From Pseudomonadales bacterium (lineage in GTDB: Bacteria; Patescibacteriota; Microgenomatia; UBA1400; PJMF01), in the NCBI GenBank assembly GCA_020632255.1, contig JACKFX010000001.1:184216-248215 (forward strand): a stretch of DNA of 64,000 nucleotides. Reading direction: 5' to 3'. Each line of letters begins with the position of its first letter. Position 1 is the first letter of the stretch. The notes beneath the pieces were generated by a model. It saw only the letters and a program-made list of their open reading frames with translations, was not told the DNA's origin and did no database searches. Positions 57,847-64,000 of the stretch are shown here, piece by piece. The position numbers and the translations under genes are program-made.

Positions 57847-59178
57847 CTACATGAGTTTTTTTCGGCGCATATTCCAGTACTCGCCTCTTCTGCATAATAA
57901 CTCTTCAGCTAGCTCTGGATGTGACATGAGTTGCTCAACTGCAATTTCCAAGAGTAACGTATTCTGTGAAGACTTCACCAGTAAAATATCACCCTGTTGT
58001 AAAAACGTTTCCAAGAAGTCCGCAGCTTCAACTGCAGTCGCAAACCACTGGGTTTGGATATTTTTCCGTTCTAATACTGGTAAGCCATATTGTTTCATTT
58101 GTGGTCCCACCAAAAACACGGCTTGGCAGTGTCTAGCGGCTGCCTCTGCCACCGTTGTGTGTTCGATTTCTGCCATACTTCCTATTTCCCTGATATCTCC
58201 TAGGAGTGCTATGCAGCGTTTAGCACCAAGCTTGGGGAGCATCTCGAGCATTTCAACAGTTGGTTTGGTTGAAGAATTATAGCTACTGTCCAAGATGGTT
58301 ACGCCGTTTTTTCCTTCGATGAGCGTTGATCGGCCTGGTTCAACCGTAAAATGCGTCTCGATATTGCGAATAGCTTTCTTAATCGGAACATCAAATGCCA
58401 CAGCAGTTGCCAGCGCAGCGGCAAAGGTATATCCGTAATGCTCAGCCAGGGCATAGTCCTTGATAAAGAGTGGGTGTTCTTTTTCAGAAACCTCGAATAC
58501 AAACTCCGTTCCTTTTAAGCTAGGTATTGAGCTAATAATTCTGATGGCAGCATCTTTATTTTCGCCAAAAGATACCACCTGTGCAGAAACGTTTGGCAGC
58601 AAATCAGCCAGCTCTTTTTGATCCGTATTAACAACTGCAGTGGCAGTTGACGGGATCTCAGTAACAATTCGTCCCTTTTCCTCAGCGATAAGCCTGGTAA
58701 GTTGGGCACGACGTTTGACAGGATCTGTTTCAGTCACCAAAAAGTCAAATGGTTCTGAGTGCATGGGCGCGGCATTGAGCATAATGCCAATATTTGGCTT
58801 CAAAATAGTTAGTAGATATGCCATGTTTTTTGGAGGCAGTGGGCTGTCGATACCCATTTCGGCTACTAAGACATTATAGCGTTCCCAGTTAGTCAACAGT
58901 TTCCAGATAGTCAAAACTGCAATTCTAAGCCAATCTTTGATTGAAAAATCGTGTGGTTTGATGCCGAGTATTGATAACGGCAGTCCTGTTTCAGAGTTAG
59001 CATTAAAGGAATACTTCAGCTTAAACTCTGGCAGTAAGGCAGCAACGACTGCGTGTTGGGTCGACGTTTTCCCAGCACTGCCGGTGAGGCCCACGATGGT
59101 GGGACGATTTTTGAGGAGCTGCAGTTTTGCAGCCAGCCGAATATAGGTCAAAAAGATCCAGGTAATTTTTTGTTTCAT
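57847..59178 (-). CDS. murF: Mur ligase family, MurF-like (UDP-MurNAc-tripeptide--D-Ala-D-Ala ligase)
   Basis: P-loop GLTGSAGKTST, NANSETGLPLSILG (MurF N.NN.IG.PLT motif), LDSSYNSSTKP and LLGDIREIGS (MurF DxYNANP/LGDMxELG equivalents). Confidence 0.6.
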   Translation of the reverse strand: MKQKITWIFLTYIRLAAKLQLLKNRPTIVGLTGSAGKTSTQHAVVAALLPEFKLKYSFNANSETGLPLSILGIKPHDFSIKDWLRIAVLTIWKLLTNWERYNVLVAEMGIDSPLPPKNMAYLLTILKPNIGIMLNAAPMHSEPFDFLVTETDPVKRRAQLTRLIAEEKGRIVTEIPSTATAVVNTDQKELADLLPNVSAQVVSFGENKDAAIRIISSIPSLKGTEFVFEVSEKEHPLFIKDYALAEHYGYTFAAALATAVAFDVPIKKAIRNIETHFTVEPGRSTLIEGKNGVTILDSSYNSSTKPTVEMLEMLPKLGAKRCIALLGDIREIGSMAEIEHTTVAEAAARHCQAVFLVGPQMKQYGLPVLERKNIQTQWFATAVEAADFLETFLQQGDILLVKSSQNTLLLEIAVEQLMSHPELAEELLCRRGEYWNMRRKKLM

Positions 59179-59186
59179 AGAACCTA

Positions 59187-59732
59187 TTACTTCTCTACTC
59201 GTAAAAATTCATAACTTCGCAGCGGTTTGCCAATCAATGACTGCAAATAGTCGGTGATGGTCTCATGCGCTGACTGAGTTGGGTCTTGGAACCCAAGTTT
59301 AGTGATCAGTTCTGAGAGCTGTTCACGAATAACTCGAGCTGAGCTTTGGTTGTATACAATTTGGTTGCGCAATTTAATGGCGCGGATGAAGACCTCCGGT
59401 TCAATTTCTTCTTCAACAAAGAGTTTATCCAAAATTTCTAAAATCTGAGATAGCTGGCGAAATGAGGTTAAGTTTTGCACCATCTTGCTGGTATCGTCGA
59501 CTAAAGTAGTTTGGGTCAAAATAGGCAAAGATTTAGTGACCACAAAATGTGCGGTTACCAGTGCCCCTGGTTCAAGATAGGCTCGGTTACTCGATTTAAT
59601 TTTCCGAACGCCTTTGGCTACACAGGCAAATCTACCCATTTCTTGAGAAAGTAAGGTGATAATTCTATCAGTTTCACCCACATTAGTTCGGCGAAGAACC
59701 AAACATTTGTGGGTGAAGCTTTTTATTTTCAT
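59187..59732 (-). CDS. recO: RecO-like recombination mediator (short; N-terminal OB-fold domain only)
   Basis: LVLRRTNVGETDRIITLLSQEMGRFACVAKGVRKIKSS...LEPGALV matches the RecO N-terminal pattern. Only 181 aa. Confidence 0.5.
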   Translation of the reverse strand: MKIKSFTHKCLVLRRTNVGETDRIITLLSQEMGRFACVAKGVRKIKSSNRAYLEPGALVTAHFVVTKSLPILTQTTLVDDTSKMVQNLTSFRQLSQILEILDKLFVEEEIEPEVFIRAIKLRNQIVYNQSSARVIREQLSELITKLGFQDPTQSAHETITDYLQSLIGKPLRSYEFLRVEK

Positions 59733-59747
59733 GCTGTTTTCTGGTGT

Positions 59748-61844
59748 TTAGAACGGTGTGGTGTAAGTGATGTCTTTATCGACAGTGACGAGTTCTTGAC
59801 CACCAGTAACATCAAAGAGGACATCAAAGGTTTCGAGGCCACCTTGCTTCCAAACCTTTCCAACATATTCTTCTTCATTCTCATACGGAACTGTGTAGGT
59901 AAAGCTTAACTTAGCGGTACCAAGTGGTTCCAGGATAAAGAATCCATCGATAACGGTAAAGCCGTTTTCATCATAGACACGTGCTTCCTCATTAAATCCA
60001 GTGGCTTCAACAAGCTCAGCTCCTTGAGGGATATATAACCGTGTCCAGTCGCGAAGGGTTGAGTTAAGGCACAAGAGTCCAGCTTCGAGACTACAGTTGT
60101 CTGCACGGCGAGGATTCTTGTAGGTAATCTCAACAGTTTTTTCGATTCGACCATTCACAGGTGCGCTGACAACTTGTTCGACATCATACGTCACAAACAA
60201 GTTTGATTTAGCACCTCCAAGGTTAGCGTTAACAATTGCCAAAAAGTCTTCTCCATTTTTTGGAGGAGTCATTCGTCCAGCAGCCTGAGCTAACTCTGCG
60301 GCTGCTTGATGGTCTTCATCTAAGAAATAGAACTGCACGTTACGACCAGCGATGGAAGCAAAACCTTCTGCAAAGAGTTCTGGCCACAGTTGTTTTGGCG
60401 CAGCATAGGCTTTGCTAAGCAGTGCACGCATGAGTGGGCCCAAGATACCCTTGCGGTCGTCACGAAGATATGGAGTTGGTTTGGTAATAATCTCGGACAG
60501 CACATAGATAATTTCTGGACAGTCACAACGAGGATCATTCTCTGCAGAGAAGGTGCCATATCCGGGTACCTCAACTGGACCAAGGACTTTCATGAGACTA
60601 GTTAAGAAATGTGTGTCGACTGCAATGATACCATCAATGTTGTCTGGCTCACCTTTAATACCTGTGTAGCTCTCGTAAAACTTATCCATAGACTCTTTGA
60701 AGTCGGGGGAAATGTTCATGTCTCGGAGGTTCCAGTAGCGCTCAGTGGTTAAGTAGCGTCCAAGCTCTTCAGGAATTGGTTCAGTTTTAGTAAATTTTTG
60801 GTCGAGCTCATAAATATCATCAGATTTTTCGGCTTCGACTTTTCCATCAGTAATGTTAATGATGGCGTATGCGGTTAAGAACCCACCTGTGGGGCGAAGT
60901 TCATTGTCATTTTGGAATAAGACTAAGTATTTCTTAGTTTCACCATTGGCACCGGCGACTGAAGGAAGTTGCTGGAGCACAGGTCGGTACTCAGTCAGTG
61001 AAGTGCTGGCGCCGGCGGCAAGTTCTTGAGCTTGCTCAATCATGGCTCGAACCTCAATATCGCCAACTTTTTCTGGATAGTGATTGGGATCAATTTGTGC
61101 CAGTTCAGATCCAACAATACGTAAGTCTTCACCAATGGAGTCAAGTTCTGGTGAAATTTTTTCAAGTGTTTCCAAAATAATTTTGACGCGATCTTCGGTG
61201 GTGCCACCTTGGAAAGGTTGGTCACCGCTAAAACCGAGGACATCAGCATAGGGACTCACAGCGTTCAATGCTTTTGTGGCGGCAGTGAGACCAGCATCTG
61301 CGGCTGCTAACCCATGCAAGCCATCAGAGTAATATCGATTTGCGAATGGAATATAGCTCATGAACGAAAGTTTTTGATACGTTGTGGTGATGTCATCAAG
61401 TCTCGTGTTAATTTCGGCTACTTTTTCTTGAGTAGCAGGAAGGTTTTGGGTTTTGAATAAGTCGTATGCCTCTTTTCCTACTTGAGTAGACTCGAGTGCT
61501 TGTTGCTTCATTTGGGAGGCAACCCCGTATGCATAGACACTAAGGGTGCCAAGAATACTAAGTAGTACCAGTGTAAGAATTGCAACACCAGCAATGATTT
61601 TGTGTTTGCGGGTAAGATTTTTAAGGTCAAACCCCGATAATTTCATTTCTTTAGTATCCATAGATGTGGTTTCTTCTTGAGTAATGGTATCTTTTTTTTC
61701 TGAGATAGAACTGAGTACTTTTTTTGTGGATGGGTCTAGTTCTGGTTCTGCTGTTTCAGGAAAATCCGGTGAGTTTGGATCAATAAATTCAGAATCTTGA
61801 GCAGTGAGATTTTTTTTCGACATAGCGTAAGTATAGCAAATCAA
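59748..61844 (-). CDS. large hypothetical protein (698 aa) with one TM after a ~90-aa acidic N-terminus
   Basis: TM IIAGVAILTLVLLSILGTLSVYAYGV, long extracytoplasmic region. Next to polysaccharide genes. No motif recognised. Confidence 0.4.
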   Translation of the reverse strand: MICYTYAMSKKNLTAQDSEFIDPNSPDFPETAEPELDPSTKKVLSSISEKKDTITQEETTSMDTKEMKLSGFDLKNLTRKHKIIAGVAILTLVLLSILGTLSVYAYGVASQMKQQALESTQVGKEAYDLFKTQNLPATQEKVAEINTRLDDITTTYQKLSFMSYIPFANRYYSDGLHGLAAADAGLTAATKALNAVSPYADVLGFSGDQPFQGGTTEDRVKIILETLEKISPELDSIGEDLRIVGSELAQIDPNHYPEKVGDIEVRAMIEQAQELAAGASTSLTEYRPVLQQLPSVAGANGETKKYLVLFQNDNELRPTGGFLTAYAIINITDGKVEAEKSDDIYELDQKFTKTEPIPEELGRYLTTERYWNLRDMNISPDFKESMDKFYESYTGIKGEPDNIDGIIAVDTHFLTSLMKVLGPVEVPGYGTFSAENDPRCDCPEIIYVLSEIITKPTPYLRDDRKGILGPLMRALLSKAYAAPKQLWPELFAEGFASIAGRNVQFYFLDEDHQAAAELAQAAGRMTPPKNGEDFLAIVNANLGGAKSNLFVTYDVEQVVSAPVNGRIEKTVEITYKNPRRADNCSLEAGLLCLNSTLRDWTRLYIPQGAELVEATGFNEEARVYDENGFTVIDGFFILEPLGTAKLSFTYTVPYENEEEYVGKVWKQGGLETFDVLFDVTGGQELVTVDKDITYTTPF

Positions 61845-61851
61845 GAAGAGT

Positions 61852-62517
61852 TTACCACTTGGAGATCATTGCCTGTGGGGTCTTGAACAAAATTGAGATA
61901 TCCTCAAGTATAGATTGTCTCTGGGCATACTCGGCATCCATTTTAGCACGGACTTTGAAGGGAACTTCATTGCGTCCGCTCGTTTGCCAGGGTCCGGTAA
62001 TGCCAGGTTTTACAGAAAGGATTAGCGGTTTGTACTCTTTTGTGCTTGGATATTTTTGAGTTTGCTCATCGAGTTCTTTCATTACGTACGCTCGAGGCCC
62101 AACCATGCTCATTTCTCCTCTAAGCACGTTGAGCAATTGAGGAAACTCATCGATAGTGAGTGATCGGAGCACTTTACCTAGTTTGGTAATACGAGGATCA
62201 TTTTCAATTTTCCAGTCACCCTCTTTGAATTGCTTGAGAAGCTTTTTATTTTTCTTATGTAAAATTTCATCTGCATTTGGAATCATCGAGCGGAATTTGT
62301 AAAGGAAAAACTCTTCTCCATTTTGACCAACACGTTTGTGTTTGAAGAATATTGGGAACCCAGAATCAAGGTAAATCAAGATTGGGACAACAATCCAAAA
62401 AGGTAAAAATGCCAAAATAAGTCCAAGTGATACTACAATATCGAGTATGCGTTTTTGTTGTTGATAATTCATAGGTACTAGCTTACTAAATCTTAAATCA
62501 GAGGGCAATTCTAACAT
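61852..62517 (-). CDS. polyprenyl-phosphate sugar phosphotransferase (bacterial sugar transferase, WbaP/WcaJ C-terminal domain family)
   Basis: Single N-terminal TM plus the conserved FLYKFRSM and PGITGPWQTSGRN motifs. Confidence 0.75.
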   Translation of the reverse strand: MLELPSDLRFSKLVPMNYQQQKRILDIVVSLGLILAFLPFWIVVPILIYLDSGFPIFFKHKRVGQNGEEFFLYKFRSMIPNADEILHKKNKKLLKQFKEGDWKIENDPRITKLGKVLRSLTIDEFPQLLNVLRGEMSMVGPRAYVMKELDEQTQKYPSTKEYKPLILSVKPGITGPWQTSGRNEVPFKVRAKMDAEYAQRQSILEDISILFKTPQAMISKW

Positions 62518-62550
62518 GGAATTGCTCAGAATAAAAACTACCTGAGGTGA

Positions 62551-63654
62551 CTAGAGATATTCGTCCTTTTTCTCTTCTTTAAGTCTTTCTACAATTTTCT
62601 TAACATCTTGAGAACGATCTTTGGGAATAATCATTAAAATCTCTTCAGTATCAATGACCACCATATTATCAACGCCAACCAAGGCCACCAGACGACCATC
62701 AGCGTGAATTAAGTTGTTGTGAGAAGAGATTGCTAATGTATGGTTTTCTTTATGATCAGAGATAATCACGTTTCCGGAGATATCTTTTGTTTCAAGATCA
62801 TAGACAACTTTCCAGTCGCCAACATCGTCCCAGCCAAAATCACCTGGAATAAGCACGAGGTTGTTGGCTTTTTCACTAATGGCATAATCTACCGAGATAG
62901 CTTCTGCCTTCTCATACACATCAGGTAGCGCTTGATGGAATGCTCCAGAATCTAGCTTATCAAGATGTTTAGTTTGTTCATACATATCGGGCATGTGTTC
63001 TCTGAAGGCTTCAGAAAGTGTTTCAGCAGCCCAGACGTACATGTTGGCATTCCAGAAGTACTTGCCAGTTGCAATAAAGCCGCGTGCGGTGGACTCATTT
63101 GGTTTTTCGGTGAAGCTATCTACCTTGAAAAGTGAGAGGCCTTTTGCAAGTTTTTCTAGATCTTCTCCAATTTTAATGTAACCAAAACCAGTTGCTGGTC
63201 GGTTTGGAGAGATACCAACAGTGACCAGACTCTTTTTTCTATAGGCAACCATGGCAGCTGCCTTCATTACTCTGACAAACTCTGCTTTGTTGGTAACAAT
63301 ATGATCGGACGCCATATTAATGACAACTGCATCAGGATCAAGTGATTTGGCAAATAATGCACCTGTCAACATTGCGAGCGCTGTATCGCGTTTAGCTGGC
63401 TCAGCGATAATATTTTGAGTCGGAACATTGGGGAGTTGTTCAATGATTTCTTCTTTATAGAGAGCATTAGTTACTACAATAATGCGATCCCAAGGGATGA
63501 ATGCAGAAATACGATTGGCAGCAATCTGCATCATAGTTTCAGTACCTACAAGTTTTAAAAACTGCTTAGGGGTCTTTTTTCGAGACTTTGGCCACAAGCG
63601 TGTTCCACCTCCGCCGGCTAAAATAACCGCGTATGTGTGATCTAGATGTGACAT
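62551..63654 (-). CDS. mannose-1-phosphate guanylyltransferase-type sugar nucleotidyltransferase
   Basis: AVILAGGGGTRLWP (G-rich NTP loop), KQFL, GT-A nucleotidyltransferase fold. 367 aa, so no cupin/isomerase C-terminal domain. Confidence 0.7.
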   Translation of the reverse strand: MSHLDHTYAVILAGGGGTRLWPKSRKKTPKQFLKLVGTETMMQIAANRISAFIPWDRIIVVTNALYKEEIIEQLPNVPTQNIIAEPAKRDTALAMLTGALFAKSLDPDAVVINMASDHIVTNKAEFVRVMKAAAMVAYRKKSLVTVGISPNRPATGFGYIKIGEDLEKLAKGLSLFKVDSFTEKPNESTARGFIATGKYFWNANMYVWAAETLSEAFREHMPDMYEQTKHLDKLDSGAFHQALPDVYEKAEAISVDYAISEKANNLVLIPGDFGWDDVGDWKVVYDLETKDISGNVIISDHKENHTLAISSHNNLIHADGRLVALVGVDNMVVIDTEEILMIIPKDRSQDVKKIVERLKEEKKDEYL

Positions 63655-63683
63655 AAGGTCCTTTCATACTCTGATCCTGTGGA

Positions 63684-64000
63684 TCAGATGTTGCTGTCAT
63701 TTTTTAAACGTATGATACTATCATACACATAATCGTTCATTTTACTAGTGAATACCTTAGTACTACAGCTTGTGGCCTGCGCTTGCAAAGTACTGGAACG
63801 CCAGTTGATTGTTGTAAGTTGAGAAAGTGCTGTTTGTACCGCTAACACTGATTCTTCGTGAATGTGGATGGCAGATTCTTGGTTTTTGAGTACTTCACTC
63901 ACACCACTTTCAGCATGTAGAATACTCGGAGTTCCAAGAGTTGCTGCTTCGAGAGCAGTGATGCCAAAATCTTCAAGTCCTGGCATGATAAGGCTTTGGG
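63684..64000 (-). CDS. GT4/GT1-type glycosyltransferase, C-terminal part; the 5' end runs off the window
   Basis: EDFGITALEAATLGTPSIL is the GT-B C-terminal E..FG...EA motif. The reading frame stays open past position 64000. Confidence 0.6.
   Translation of the reverse strand, partial: QSLIMPGLEDFGITALEAATLGTPSILHAESGVSEVLKNQESAIHIHEESVLAVQTALSQLTTINWRSSTLQAQATSCSTKVFTSKMNDYVYDSIIRLKNDSNI

Noticed and set aside
57851-58282. 143-aa plus-strand ORF
   Set aside because: Antisense inside the murF-like gene; shadow ORF.
1-64000. CRISPR arrays, rRNA genes, integron attC sites, group II intron/retron RT
   Set aside because: No regularly spaced direct repeats, no rRNA-like conserved stretches and no reverse-transcriptase-like ORF were seen on either strand.

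Overview
The window is a compact, gene-dense bacterial chromosomal segment, mostly minus-strand and moderately AT-rich by eye. The gene content is housekeeping plus cell-envelope functions. There is a long dcw-type division/cell-wall cluster on the minus strand: mraZ-rsmH-ftsL-ftsI-murE-yvcK-murC-murB-murA-mraY-ftsW-murG-ftsQ-ftsA-ftsZ. Other recognisable genes are gatCAB, dnaE, the 5' part of pyrG, ileS and glyQS (each with a T-box-like leader), rplU/rpmA, parB, lepB, a LemA-HtpX pair, a type IV pilin gene flanked by two paralogous GT-C membrane glycosyltransferases, and two polysaccharide-assembly clusters (WaaL-like/GT2/flippase, and sugar transferase/ManC-like/GT1). Compact synteny, many GT-C (GT39-like) genes, a short MurE and a short RecO suggest a small-genome (CPR/Patescibacteria-like) organism; this is inference only. 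Two regions look accessory. (1) Positions 14.0-18.1 kb form an island bounded by tRNA-Asp and tRNA-Thr. It holds two different IS200-like tnpA-only elements; the first has subterminal GGCTCTGCC hairpins plus a perfect 17-18 bp inverted repeat exactly bracketing the tnpA start and stop codons, and has truncated an MFS transporter gene. It also holds a decayed pseudo-tRNA-Asp and orphan genes. (2) Positions 48.7-55.3 kb hold a 1533-aa protein (about ten tandem ~105-aa novel repeats plus a distinct ~250-aa C-terminal domain) whose stop overlaps the Shine-Dalgarno of a ~96-aa partner gene. Next to it is a degenerate second cassette (pseudogenised C-terminal remnant plus intact paralogous small gene), a duplicated 3' fragment of the neighbouring 264-aa gene, and a ~45-bp repeat shared with the right end of the second IS200-like element. 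This architecture resembles a polymorphic toxin/immunity-type locus with orphan cassettes and is the best candidate for an undescribed system here. No CRISPR array, rRNA or integron was seen.
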